Positions 1 through 9,181 of a stretch of DNA of 34,430 nt are shown here, piece after piece (the stretch's first letter is position 1; each line of letters begins with the position of its first letter). A model generated the notes under the pieces. The model searched no databases and had not been told where the DNA came from. It saw only the letters and a list, made by a program, of their open reading frames with translations. This DNA is from Hadesarchaea archaeon (GTDB lineage Archaea; Hadarchaeota; Hadarchaeia; Hadarchaeales; Hadarchaeaceae), in NCBI GenBank assembly GCA_030616305.1, contig JAUWXQ010000002.1, positions 1 to 34,430 of the forward strand, in the 5' to 3' direction. The translations under genes were made by a program, and so were the position numbers.

Positions 1-1
1 A

Positions 2-451
2 CGTGTGCAGGTGCGGGGGACGGTGGTACAAGTCTTTCACCGCCGCCCGATATTTGACACGTGCCCAAACTGTGGCAGAAGCCTAGGAAGTGTGGATACG
101 AGTTTGCTTTGCGAGGAGTGTGGGAAGGTTGTGACGCCAGAGCACCGAGTGATACTTAGTTTTCTATTGGATGACGGCACCGATAACATTCGGGTCGTAT
201 TGTTCGGTAAGGTCGCGGAGCGCCTACTCGGCATGAACGTGCAACAGGTATTTGACTTGTTCAAGAGCACACCTGACCTAGCTGAGTTTTACGATAAGTT
301 GAATTTGGTCGGCAAGGAGCTGGTGATGACTGGCACGACGAGGCAGGACAAATATTTCAACCAGCTTGAACTCAGGGGCTCTGAGGTGCAGGTTCCAGAC
401 CCAAAGCAGGAAGCGAGATTCATGCTTGAAAGGTTAAAAGAGAGGGCGTGA
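2..451 (+). CDS. Replication protein A (RPA/RFA)-like ssDNA-binding protein, C-terminal part; the 5' end lies outside the window
   Basis: The frame is open to the window edge. A Cys4 zinc ribbon (CPNCGRS...CEECGK) sits inside an OB-fold-like segment, as in euryarchaeal-type RPA. The gene lies directly upstream of radA. Confidence 0.6.
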   Translation, partial: RVQVRGTVVQVFHRRPIFDTCPNCGRSLGSVDTSLLCEECGKVVTPEHRVILSFLLDDGTDNIRVVLFGKVAERLLGMNVQQVFDLFKSTPDLAEFYDKLNLVGKELVMTGTTRQDKYFNQLELRGSEVQVPDPKQEARFMLERLKERA

Positions 452-472
452 AAATTATAATGGAGGCATAAT

Positions 473-1423
473 TTGGCCGGGGAGACCAAGCAGACACTCG
501 AGTCCCTGCCGGGGGTTGGTGAAGTTATAGCCCAGAAACTTCGCGAAGCTGGTTATCGTATGATTGAATCGCTCGCAGTGGCTACCGTGGCCGAGCTTCG
601 CGAGGCCGCCGAGATTGGTGAAGGGCAGGCCAAAAAAATAATCTCTGCTGCTAGGGAAGCCGCCGAGGTCGGTCTTTTCGTAACTGCTGACAAGGTTCTT
701 GAGCGTCGAGAGAAGATAGGGCTGATAACCACCGGCAGCGCACAGCTCGACGACTTGCTTGGTGGAGGTGTTGAAACCCAAGCCATAACTGAAGTATTTG
801 GTGAGTTCGGGTCAGGAAAAACCCAGATCGCCCACCAGCTCTGCGTGAATGTTCAGTTACCCCCCGAACAGAAAGGGCTGGGAGCGAAGGCGATTTACAT
901 CGATACCGAGAACACTTTCAGACCCGAGCGAATCCGTGACATGGCGATAGGCATGGCATTGGATCCAGTAAAGGTCCTCCATAACATTTACTACATAAGG
1001 TCGTACAACACAGACCAGCAACTCCTGATACCTGAGAAAGCGGAAAAAATAGTTGAGGAGGAGGATGTGCGACTCATAGTGGTAGACTCCCTTACTTCTC
1101 ATTTCAGGGCAGAGTTCACGGGGAGAGGGATGTTGGCCGACCGACAGCAGAAACTGAACCGCCATCTCATGACCTTGCACCGCATAGCAGACCTACACGA
1201 TTTAGCGGTTTTTGTGACGAACCAAGTGCTGGCTAGGCCAGATATCTTCTTCGGGGACCCAACTCGACCCATTGGAGGGCACGTGGTCGCACACTCGGCC
1301 ACGACACGCGTCTACCTACGTAAGTCCAAGTCACCAAAAAGGATCGCGCGGATTTTTGACAGTCCGAACCTCCCCGAGAGAGAAGCTGTGTTCACCATCA
1401 CTGAGCAAGGGATAAGGGACTGA
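473..1423 (+). CDS. radA: DNA repair and recombination protein RadA
   Basis: 316 aa with an N-terminal HhH ([17 protein letters not shown]), Walker [10 protein letters not shown] and Walker [12 protein letters not shown]. The start is TTG, with GGAGG 7 nt upstream. Confidence 0.95.
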   Translation: MAGETKQTLESLPGVGEVIAQKLREAGYRMIESLAVATVAELREAAEIGEGQAKKIISAAREAAEVGLFVTADKVLERREKIGLITTGSAQLDDLLGGGVETQAITEVFGEFGSGKTQIAHQLCVNVQLPPEQKGLGAKAIYIDTENTFRPERIRDMAIGMALDPVKVLHNIYYIRSYNTDQQLLIPEKAEKIVEEEDVRLIVVDSLTSHFRAEFTGRGMLADRQQKLNRHLMTLHRIADLHDLAVFVTNQVLARPDIFFGDPTRPIGGHVVAHSATTRVYLRKSKSPKRIARIFDSPNLPEREAVFTITEQGIRD

Positions 1424-1427
1424 CCGG

Positions 1428-2126
1428 GTGAAAATTTTGATTCGGCTTGTCGCCGTCGATATTGATGGCACTCTGACGTTCAAGGATCGGAAGCTAGATC
1501 TGGCAGCAGTCGAGGCCATCAGAAAGGCCGAAAGCGCGGGCCTCCCCGTGGTACTCGCGACAGGTAACGTGCTGACGTTTGCAGAGGCTGCTGCGACCAT
1601 GCTGGGGACCTCGGGACCATTAATAGCGGAGGATGGAGGAATCGTGTTTGACCAAGCGATTAAACAAGAACATGTGTTGGGCGGTCGGGTGGAGGCTGAC
1701 CGCGGGCTGGCTGCTCTTGAACGAGCCTTCGGCTCGTTAAAGCAGACCCGGAGCTCTGCTGTGCGCCTAACAGGTTTGACACTTGAGCGCACGATTCCTG
1801 TCGAGGACGCCAGCAAAGTCTTCCAGCATGAGGGGTTGTCCCTTGTCGCGGTGGATTCTGGGTTTGCGATTCATATCCGGAGCCCAGAGGTCAATAAAGG
1901 AAATGCTCTCCGCAAGGTTTCGTCGATAAGCCGGGTGCCGCTGGTCGAAATAGCTGCAATTGGTGATGGTCCAAATGATATCGAGATGTTGCGGGTGGCT
2001 GGGATTAGTTTTGCTGTGGCAAACTCAGCGGATGAAGTGAAGCGCGCGTGCACCCATGTGACAACTTCACCTTATGGGAAAGGCGCCGCGGAAGCCATAG
2101 AAAGTATCCTTAGCGTGCGGCGCTGA
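1428..2126 (+). CDS. HAD-superfamily IIB hydrolase (phosphoglycolate/sugar phosphatase-like)
   Basis: HAD motif I is VAVDIDGTLT and motif IV is GDGPNDIEML. At 232 aa, the size and layout match archaeal PGP/Cof-type phosphatases. Confidence 0.8.
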   Translation: MKILIRLVAVDIDGTLTFKDRKLDLAAVEAIRKAESAGLPVVLATGNVLTFAEAAATMLGTSGPLIAEDGGIVFDQAIKQEHVLGGRVEADRGLAALERAFGSLKQTRSSAVRLTGLTLERTIPVEDASKVFQHEGLSLVAVDSGFAIHIRSPEVNKGNALRKVSSISRVPLVEIAAIGDGPNDIEMLRVAGISFAVANSADEVKRACTHVTTSPYGKGAAEAIESILSVRR

Positions 2127-2829
2127 TTTTCACGAGTGTCGCGGCTAGCTTCTTAAACTCCTTCGCGGACGGAGACTTTGGACTATGGGTGACGACTGGT
2201 TCCCCTAACGCCGCGGAGCGTCTTAACTCCGGGTCTTCGGGAATGGTCGCCAACACCGGCAGTTCCAGCGTTGACTTAATTCCCTCGTGTGAGATGTCAA
2301 CGTTCCTGCCGGTAGCTCGTGTAATAACCGTTCCGATTGGTTTCACATTCAACCGCTCCGCGATAAGCTTCGTTTTGAAAGCATTTGATAGGGCGACGAT
2401 ATCAGGTGTGGCTACGAGGACTATCTTCTCCGCCATTGTGAGGGCCGTAATTGCGTCACGGTCTAAACCTGAGGGAGCGTCGATCAGCAGAAATTTGAAC
2501 TTTTTAGCCAACTCGCTCACCACCTTTTTGAGGCGATCAAGCTTCGCCCGCTGGATGCCTTCCAGCGATATCCCCGAAGGCACAACCTTTACTCCTTCTG
2601 GGCCGCTGGAGATCGCCCCTGAGAGCTTGGCACCCCCCGCCAACACATCATGTAAAGTTACCTTTTGTTCTTCTAGGCCCAGCAGGAGTCCAAGATTTGC
2701 CATCATTATATCGGCGTCCAAAAGTACCACGTTCTGTCCGAGTTGGGCCATCGCTACCCCGAGGTTCGCCACCACAGTGGTCTTGCCCGCGCCACCCTTA
2801 CTCGACGCGAAGATGATTATATGCGCCAT
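2110..2829 (-). CDS. minD: MinD/ParA-family P-loop ATPase (archaeal MinD type)
   Basis: It has the deviant Walker A SSKGGAGKTT, LLDAD and LLIDAPSG. The 3' end overlaps the convergent HAD gene by 17 nt. Confidence 0.85.
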   Translation of the reverse strand: MAHIIIFASSKGGAGKTTVVANLGVAMAQLGQNVVLLDADIMMANLGLLLGLEEQKVTLHDVLAGGAKLSGAISSGPEGVKVVPSGISLEGIQRAKLDRLKKVVSELAKKFKFLLIDAPSGLDRDAITALTMAEKIVLVATPDIVALSNAFKTKLIAERLNVKPIGTVITRATGRNVDISHEGIKSTLELPVLATIPEDPELRRSAALGEPVVTHSPKSPSAKEFKKLAATLVKISAAR

Positions 2830-2867
2830 TTGGGTCTAGAATGATTTAGTTTTATAGCCAAATAATT

Positions 2868-3572
2868 ATGTTTGCCTTGGTGAGACGGATGAAAATTGGT
2901 TTGGTCGCTGATCCCCACTCAAATCTCGCTGCTTTTAAAGCGGTGCTTGACGACATGCCTCGTGTTGATCAAATTATTTGCGTCGGCGACCTTGTGGGTT
3001 ACGCAGCCGAACCAAACGAGGTGGTCACCCTTGCGAGGTCGAAGCGCATAAAGGTGGTGATGGGAAACCATGATTATGCGGCGGTGACGCGTGACGTACG
3101 GGGCTTCAATCCGATTGCGGCTCAAGCAGCGCTCTGGACCGCCGATAACTTGAGCGAGGAGAATCTAAAATTCTTGTCGAACCTCCCCACCCATCTCAAG
3201 CTCACCCTGAAACAGAAGCTCTATGTGGTCCATGGGAGTCCCCGTGACCCGATTAACGAATACGTTTTTCCAGACTACCCGAACCAAGAGCTCGCCAAAA
3301 TTGTGGAGGGTGTAGATGCGGAGGTCGTGGTGCTAGGTCATACCCATGTGCCCATGAAGCGTATGATAATGGGGAAGCTCATCGTCAATCCTGGGAGTGT
3401 GGGGCAGCCCCGAGATCGCGACCCCCGAGCCAGCTATGGGGTCCTGAAATTGGGCGAGGAAATCGAGGTTAGTTACAGGCGGGTGGGGTACGATATCGAG
3501 GACACAGCCAAAAAAATAAAGGCAGCGGGTTTGCCTGAGGAGCTGGCGGCAAGGCTATTTTTCGGATGGTAG
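2868..3572 (+). CDS. Metallophosphoesterase, YfcE/MJ0936-like
   Basis: Motifs seen are DPHSN, GDLVGY, GNHD and GHTH. An alternative start at ATG 2889 (MKIGLVADPH) has a GGTGA-like SD. Confidence 0.8.
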   Translation: MFALVRRMKIGLVADPHSNLAAFKAVLDDMPRVDQIICVGDLVGYAAEPNEVVTLARSKRIKVVMGNHDYAAVTRDVRGFNPIAAQAALWTADNLSEENLKFLSNLPTHLKLTLKQKLYVVHGSPRDPINEYVFPDYPNQELAKIVEGVDAEVVVLGHTHVPMKRMIMGKLIVNPGSVGQPRDRDPRASYGVLKLGEEIEVSYRRVGYDIEDTAKKIKAAGLPEELAARLFFGW

Positions 3573-3596
3573 AGTAGACGGCAGAGTTTAGGTTGG

Positions 3597-3881
3597 CTAT
3601 ATGGATTGGGGTGGTGCCTTCATCTGCTGGATTGCCAAAACACGTTCGTTAACCACGATGAAGTCTCGGATTGACATCACTGCGCTGAAGGGGATCAGTG
3701 CATTCCCGCTCGAATCACGGGGTACGCCTTCAAAGGTTTCCTTTGAAAACGGCCTGACCACGAGCGAATGGATTTTGCCGTCCTTCTCGTCAAACAGTAT
3801 GTCGTTTAGCCTGCCTAGCTGGAGGCCCCGGTCGGAAATGATTCCTATCGACCGAAGCTTGCTTGAGCGAACCTGCGCCAA
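3597..3881 (-). CDS. PRC-barrel domain protein
   Basis: The 94-aa protein has a pattern (GRLNDILFDEKDGKIHSLVV...IPFSAV) typical of archaeal PRC-barrel proteins. It lies 42 nt downstream of cdc48 on the same strand. Confidence 0.6.
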   Translation of the reverse strand: MAQVRSSKLRSIGIISDRGLQLGRLNDILFDEKDGKIHSLVVRPFSKETFEGVPRDSSGNALIPFSAVMSIRDFIVVNERVLAIQQMKAPPQSI

Positions 3882-3923
3882 GTCATGACCTCCACCTTAA
3901 ATTGGAGCTTGAACTTAAAAAGC

Positions 3924-6191
3924 TTAGTAGTGCATCCTCGTCGCTTCTTCCGTTATGCGCTTGCTTTTTCTCTCGGTAAAAGTTTCATATGTTTTGACAA
4001 TCTCCGGTGTCAGAGAGGGTTTGATCCCCTCCATCGCATCGCGAAAGTGCTGCATCCCGACCTCTTTACCCTTTATGTCCTTGCGTAGCACAAGCATCGC
4101 GGCTTCCCGGCACAGGGCGGCGATGTCTGAGCCCGAGTATTCATCGGTTTCCTTCGCGAGTAGCTTGAGGTTAACATCCTTCGCGAGCGGCATTTTTTTG
4201 GTGTGGATTTTCAGTATTTCCAAGCGAGCTTTCTCATCGGGAGCTGGGACCAATACCAGTCTGTCGAAGCGTCCTGGGCGGAGTAACGCGGGGTCTATCA
4301 AGTCAGGACGGTTTGTAGCGCCGATAACAACAACATTTTCAAGTTTTTCCAGTCCATCGAGTTCGGTCAGTAATTGACTTATTACGCGCTCTGTTACGTG
4401 GGTGTCTCCGAACCCTGAGCCACGTCGGGGCACAAGCGCATCAATCTCGTCGAAGAAAATTATCGTTGGGGCTGCCATCTTGGCTTTGCGGAACGTTTCT
4501 CTCACCCCCTTCTCAGACTCCCCTACCCATTTGCTCAGGAGCTGGGGCCCTTTGATTGAGATGAAGTTCGCCTCGCTCTCCGTCGCTACCGCTCGTGCAA
4601 GCAGGGTTTTACCTGTACCTGGCGGGCCGTACAGAAGAATACCATGTGGGGGCTCTATGCCAACGCGTTTGAAAGCATCCGGATGTGTCAACGGCCATTC
4701 GACAGCCTCGATTAGTTCCTGTTTTGCCCGCGCTAGTCCACCAACGTCGTCCCAGTGCACATTGGGAACCTCGATCAAAACCTCACGCAGCGCAGAGGGT
4801 TCGGCCAGTCTCATCGCGTTGTCAAAGTCTTCCTTTGTTACTTGTAGTTTCTCGAGCACCTCGGGCGGGATAATTTTTTCCTCGAGTTTTATCTCAGGGA
4901 GAATGCCTCGCAGAGCGCTCATTGCAGCCTCCTTTGCCAAGGCCTCGAGATCCGCGCCGACGAAGCCGTGCGTGATGTCCGCGTAATGGTCGAGGTCAAT
5001 ATCCTTCGCGAGTGGCATTCCTCGGGTGTGAATCTGCAGGATTTCCTTCCGCCCATCACGGTCAGGTACCCCTATCTCTATCTCGCGGTCAAATCTACCC
5101 GGGCGACGGATTGCTGGGTCCAAGGCATTTGGACGGTTGGTGGCTCCGATGACTATGACCTTCCCACGGGCCTTTAAACCATCGAGCGCTGTGCAAAGTG
5201 TTGCCACCACGCGCCGCTCGACCTCGCCAGTGACCTCCTCTCGCTTTGGAGCTACTGTGTCGAGTTCATCGATGAAGACTATTGAGGGAGCGTTCTTCTC
5301 CGCCTGTTCAAATATTTCCCTGAGCCGTGCCTCCGACTCGCCGTACCATTTACTCATAATCTCAGGTCCAGCAATCGAGACGAAATTTGCCCCCGACTCG
5401 TTTGCAACCGCCTTGGCGATGAGGGTTTTGCCTGTTCCCGGGGCCCCGTGAAGCAGCACTCCTTTAGGCGGCTCGATACCTAAACGATCGAAAATCTCAG
5501 GATGCTTTAGCGGTAGCTCTATCATTTCACGCACGCGCTGGAGCTCATCCTTAAGTCCTCCAATGTCTTCATAGGTAACCGCTGGCACCTTTAGTTCTTT
5601 AACCTCAACAGCTTGTGGAAGGACCTCGACCTCTGTCATGTCTGTCACGAGCACGATACCAGCAGGATTCGTGTTGACGACTGAAAATTTCATCTCACCG
5701 AATCCGAACGGCAATGCCATCCCGCCGAAGACGCCGCCGAAGAACTGTTCAAATAGGTCCCCTCCCATGCGCACGGGTTCCTCGGGAGGCGTCGGGGCAA
5801 TCAGGTCTCCTTTAGCCATGGGTCTCCCAAGCAAATTGCGTTTGATGATCTCCCCGGATGCCATGAACCTGACCCGGGGGTCGGTGGGAGCGATAGTAAC
5901 ATGTTTAGCCTCTTTCATTGAGGCTTTCCGCACCGTGGCCTTTTCTCCTATCGATGTGCCAGCGTTGTGACGGATGAGCCCATCGACTCGGATAATTTCC
6001 AGTCCTGTGTCCTCTGGGAATCCCTTTATCGCAATCGCACCGGTCGAGCGAGAACCAGTTATCTCGACGTAATCGCCCTGTTTGATGCCAATCCGCTTCA
6101 TTACCCCCTCATCGATTAAAGCAAAACCGCGGTTGACGTAGGATTGGTGGCGATTTTCCGCGACAACTAGCTTTAACTCTTTTTCAGGCAT
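3924..6191 (-). CDS. cdc48: Cdc48/VCP/p97-type AAA+ ATPase (two AAA domains)
   Basis: It has an N-domain followed by two Walker A motifs (GAPGTGKTL and GPPGTGKTL), two Walker B motifs (IVFIDELD and IIFFDEID) and SRH regions. I prefer ATG 6191 ([17 protein letters not shown] upstream) over the TTG at 6218 in the ORF track. Confidence 0.95.
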   Translation of the reverse strand: MPEKELKLVVAENRHQSYVNRGFALIDEGVMKRIGIKQGDYVEITGSRSTGAIAIKGFPEDTGLEIIRVDGLIRHNAGTSIGEKATVRKASMKEAKHVTIAPTDPRVRFMASGEIIKRNLLGRPMAKGDLIAPTPPEEPVRMGGDLFEQFFGGVFGGMALPFGFGEMKFSVVNTNPAGIVLVTDMTEVEVLPQAVEVKELKVPAVTYEDIGGLKDELQRVREMIELPLKHPEIFDRLGIEPPKGVLLHGAPGTGKTLIAKAVANESGANFVSIAGPEIMSKWYGESEARLREIFEQAEKNAPSIVFIDELDTVAPKREEVTGEVERRVVATLCTALDGLKARGKVIVIGATNRPNALDPAIRRPGRFDREIEIGVPDRDGRKEILQIHTRGMPLAKDIDLDHYADITHGFVGADLEALAKEAAMSALRGILPEIKLEEKIIPPEVLEKLQVTKEDFDNAMRLAEPSALREVLIEVPNVHWDDVGGLARAKQELIEAVEWPLTHPDAFKRVGIEPPHGILLYGPPGTGKTLLARAVATESEANFISIKGPQLLSKWVGESEKGVRETFRKAKMAAPTIIFFDEIDALVPRRGSGFGDTHVTERVISQLLTELDGLEKLENVVVIGATNRPDLIDPALLRPGRFDRLVLVPAPDEKARLEILKIHTKKMPLAKDVNLKLLAKETDEYSGSDIAALCREAAMLVLRKDIKGKEVGMQHFRDAMEGIKPSLTPEIVKTYETFTERKSKRITEEATRMHY

Positions 6192-6401
6192 TCCATTACC
6201 TCTCACTCTCAACTTCAAACCTGTACCAATCTAAGTGCTCGTTGAACTCTTTAAAGATTTTTCCCACCATTTTGGCGTATTCCTCCTCGGTTAGGAGAGT
6301 GCTTTGGTTCACGAACTTACAGACATCCCTCGGCAGCTTAGGAGTTCAGGGGAGTGGTCTCCCTGTCTTTGAGGTGGGGGACGAGAGCGGATATTTTTTC
6401 C

Positions 6402-6410
6402 TTTATAAAA
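6402..6410 (+). promoter_or_regulatory. TATA-box-like element (TTTATAAAA) upstream of the LAGLIDADG ORF
   Basis: An AT box preceded by a T-rich stretch lies about 53 nt upstream of ATG 6463. A G-rich SD-like AAGGGG lies about 10 nt upstream of the start. Confidence 0.35.
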
Positions 6411-6462
6411 TACCTTCGCCCAATTAAAAAACAGCGAGCAAGAATGAAGGGGAATTTAAACC

Positions 6463-6807
6463 ATGCAGAAGTCGTCTAAAAGCTGGGTAATAGGCTTTGT
6501 GGAGGGCGAAGGGTGCTTTACTTACACCACCGTGGGAGGCAAAAAATACCCTCGCTTTTATATCACTCAAAAAGGAGAGAAGGGAAAGAATGTTCTTGAA
6601 ATGATACGAGAGACTATGAGTATAGAGGGCATTGAACTAGTACGTGATGGTAAGCGGGATGTGTGGTATCTATACTCCTCCACAGCTATAGATGTGAACA
6701 AGAGGATAGTTGACTACTTTAATGGACGCCTAATGGCAAAGAAGCCATCTTTTAAGCGCTATAAACGATTGGTAATGAAAAAGTACTGCTTAAGGCGGGG
6801 AGGCTGA
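6463..6807 (+). mobile_element. Free-standing single-motif LAGLIDADG homing-endonuclease-like gene (114 aa)
   Basis: The N-terminal motif SWVIGFVEGEGCF is LAGLIDADG helix 1. The C-terminal pattern VNKRIVDYFNGRLMAKKPSFKRYKRLV resembles the conserved tail of LAGLIDADG_1 domains. The gene is not embedded in an intron, intein or rRNA. Confidence 0.7.
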
Positions 6808-7044
6808 TAAGTGGGCAATATGGTTTTGATTTGGAGATGAAGTTCTCTGGTCACCGGATTACTTCGAACCCCTTTTCCTACAGTTTCTTCGGGTACTCCG
6901 TAGTGTTTCCTCCTAAAGATAACAATACAATCCTCGCTGCGATGAAACTCGTAACGATTATAGGTGTAGGGGGAAAAATCACATGGCGGAAATTTCATGT
7001 ACGAAAATTTGAAGCCGATTTACGAACCAAAAAAGGATAAAAAA

Positions 7045-7710
7045 ATGAAGATTGTCGTGCTGTTTTCGGGAGGTGCCAGCGCCGTTCCTTTCATGGTCGG
7101 AGGCGAGGAGCATGAAGTGGTCGGCGCTATTTCTACCAACAAAAATGCTTCGGGAATAAAGAAGCTCGAGAAGCTAGGAATATCGGTCGAAGTAGCGGAT
7201 ATCCGCGATTTCTACGGAGACAAACCGATCACGGACATGAAGATGAGGGAGGCACATGATGAAAAACTTATGTCGATTATAGACGAAAAGAAATGGGAGC
7301 CTGATATAATCGCATGTTCGGGCTACATGTACATTTTGACTAAGAAGTTTTTGGAAAAGTTTCAAGTTCTGAATGTGCATCCTGCGGATTTATCTATAAA
7401 GGAAAATGGGAAAAGAGAATACACAGGGGCAAATGCGGTCAAGGACCAGATGGAAGCCGGCGAAAAAGTCACAAGATCCACCATACATATAATGGACGAA
7501 AAGCCAGATCATGGTCCCATCTTGTTTGTGTCGGAGGACCTGCCAGTGGAGAACAGAGGTCCAAAGGAACAACAGGAGCTCATGAAGGAGAAATGTGATG
7601 GCCCTGCCTACAGGGAAACTCTAGATATGCTGTCAAAAGGTATGTTTGCCATGGATTCAAACAAAAATGTTTACGTCAAGCACGGGGACAGATGGGTGAA
7701 AAAGTTCTGA
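7045..7710 (+). CDS. purN: Phosphoribosylglycinamide formyltransferase-like (PurN family)
   Basis: The N-terminus is MKIVVLFSGGAS. The catalytic N-x-H lies in VLNVHPADLS and the Asp in IHIMDEKPDHGPIL. The protein has an atypical insertion (SIKENGKREYTG) and a long C-terminal tail. ATG 7045 is preferred over 6997. Confidence 0.75.
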   Translation: MKIVVLFSGGASAVPFMVGGEEHEVVGAISTNKNASGIKKLEKLGISVEVADIRDFYGDKPITDMKMREAHDEKLMSIIDEKKWEPDIIACSGYMYILTKKFLEKFQVLNVHPADLSIKENGKREYTGANAVKDQMEAGEKVTRSTIHIMDEKPDHGPILFVSEDLPVENRGPKEQQELMKEKCDGPAYRETLDMLSKGMFAMDSNKNVYVKHGDRWVKKF

Positions 7711-7719
7711 GGTGTTGAA

Positions 7720-9105
7720 TTGGCTATTGGAATTCTAGGGATAAGCTATGGAAGCAGGTTCGCTTGCATGGCAGATTCTCTTTCCAGAAGTGGTCACAAT
7801 GTAAAACTCTTCATAGCGGACAAGCAGGGAAATCCTTACAATATAAAAAAGGCGGGGGAGACGGGAGGCAAACACATCGTAATTCCAGATTTGAGTGTAG
7901 ATGATATTACCAAATTTGCGAAGAGACATGAGAAGGAGATAGACTTCGGGGTAGTAGGTCCTGAAACCCCGGGTATGAACGGAATTAGGGACATGATTGA
8001 AAAAGAAACAAAAATAAAAATGATTTGCCCGACCGCCGAGTATTTTGTCGAGCGCAGCAAGGCCGAGCAGAGGAGGTTGATAGAGAAGATAGTCCCCTCG
8101 GCAAATCCAAAGTTCAAGGTCTTCGATTCCAGTGCCCATGGCTCAAAAAATGAAGTTAAAAAGGATGTCTACAAGTGGCTAGACGAGATCGGAGACGAAG
8201 TAGCCGTAAAACCAGATGCGCCAGCAACGGGGAAGGGAGTAGGCGTCTGGGGGGATCATTTCACATCCAGAGAAAATATGTTCGAAAATTATTTCCTACC
8301 AAATTTCGAGAAGGGCCCGGTGATAGTCGAGGAAAAGTTAGAGGGAGAAGAGTTTTCACTGCAGTTCGTTTCCGACGGAGAGCATTTGGTTCCCACCCCC
8401 GCTGTCAGAGATTACAAGAGGGCTTTCGACTGGGACTTGGGACCCAATACGGGGGGGATGGGCTCTTACAAGGATAGAGGAGATTTGCTCCCATTCATGA
8501 AGGAAAAAGACTGGAGAGAATCGCTGGAGATAGGAGAGAAGATTCATGAGGGATTGAAGAAGGTCGGAAAAAACCCAAGAGTTAGAGGAAATCTGTACAT
8601 GGCGTACATAATCACAAAAAATGGTGTGAAAGTCCTTGAGATAAACAGTAGGTGGGGTGACCCAGAAGTAATGAATATTCTGCCAATTTTGAAAAACGAT
8701 TTCGTCGACGTTTGCTTCAAAAGTTTAGAGGGTAATTTAAGAAAACTCGCTTTTGAAGATAAGGCCACAGTTGTAACTTACGCCGTTCCTCTAGGGTATG
8801 GAGGATATGCAAGTTACTCAGGCCATAAAAAAGTGGATCTAAGCAAGGCTGAAAAATTAAAGGAAAAGTACGGAGATAATCTGAGAATTTATCCAGGCGC
8901 CATGGAGCTAAGGGACGGGGAAACTCATGCTTTGAGGTCCAGAGCTGTTGCTATAGTAGGGATATCCAACACATTAGATGAGGCCAGGGAAATCTCCATG
9001 GAAGGAATTAGGAAAATTGATGGCTCCTTAAGGCATAGAGAAGACATAGCCCTCCCGGAGTACATCAACAGAAGCAAAAAACACATGGAAGAACTCTTGG
9101 TATGA
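7720..9105 (+). CDS. purD: Phosphoribosylamine-glycine ligase (GAR synthetase), divergent N-terminus
   Basis: ATP-grasp motifs are present: VKPDAPATGKGVGV, EEKLEGEEFSLQFVSDGEH, RDYKRAFDWDLGPNTGGMGSY and VLEINSRWGDPE. The start is TTG. Confidence 0.85.
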   Translation: MAIGILGISYGSRFACMADSLSRSGHNVKLFIADKQGNPYNIKKAGETGGKHIVIPDLSVDDITKFAKRHEKEIDFGVVGPETPGMNGIRDMIEKETKIKMICPTAEYFVERSKAEQRRLIEKIVPSANPKFKVFDSSAHGSKNEVKKDVYKWLDEIGDEVAVKPDAPATGKGVGVWGDHFTSRENMFENYFLPNFEKGPVIVEEKLEGEEFSLQFVSDGEHLVPTPAVRDYKRAFDWDLGPNTGGMGSYKDRGDLLPFMKEKDWRESLEIGEKIHEGLKKVGKNPRVRGNLYMAYIITKNGVKVLEINSRWGDPEVMNILPILKNDFVDVCFKSLEGNLRKLAFEDKATVVTYAVPLGYGGYASYSGHKKVDLSKAEKLKEKYGDNLRIYPGAMELRDGETHALRSRAVAIVGISNTLDEAREISMEGIRKIDGSLRHREDIALPEYINRSKKHMEELLV

Positions 9106-9181
9106 AAATGGCGCCCCGCGTAAGAAAATTTCATAATAATCTTCTTAAGGCAATTCACGATAGTTAAAGCGAGATGATTAA

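Noticed and set aside
2110-2126. 17-nt convergent 3' overlap between the HAD phosphatase and MinD genes
   Set aside because: The overlap is real in the sequence, but short convergent overlaps are common in compact archaeal genomes. Nothing further is supported.
2189-2839. 216-aa plus-strand ORF covering the MinD gene
   Set aside because: It is an antisense shadow of a clearly motif-bearing MinD CDS. Its composition is Ser/Thr/Ala/Pro-rich low complexity, and it has no recognisable motifs or start signals.
3955-5970. Several plus-strand ORFs of 60-194 aa inside the cdc48 region
   Set aside because: All are antisense to an unambiguous 755-aa AAA+ CDS. They show Ser/Arg/Ala-rich shadow-frame composition.
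6242-6427. 61-aa plus-strand ORF upstream of the LAGLIDADG gene
   Set aside because: It spans the TATA-like box and has no motif or RBS. The minus-strand fragments in the same DNA look more protein-like.
6759-7040. ORFs of 79 aa (minus strand) and 69 aa (plus strand) in the spacer between the LAGLIDADG gene and purN
   Set aside because: They have no recognisable motifs and they overlap each other. The minus-strand one overlaps the LAGLIDADG 3' end. I treat the region as non-coding or decayed spacer and do not annotate it as CDS.
8175-8477. Arg-rich 100-aa ORF in an alternative frame of purD
   Set aside because: It is an out-of-frame artefact within a well-supported PurD CDS.
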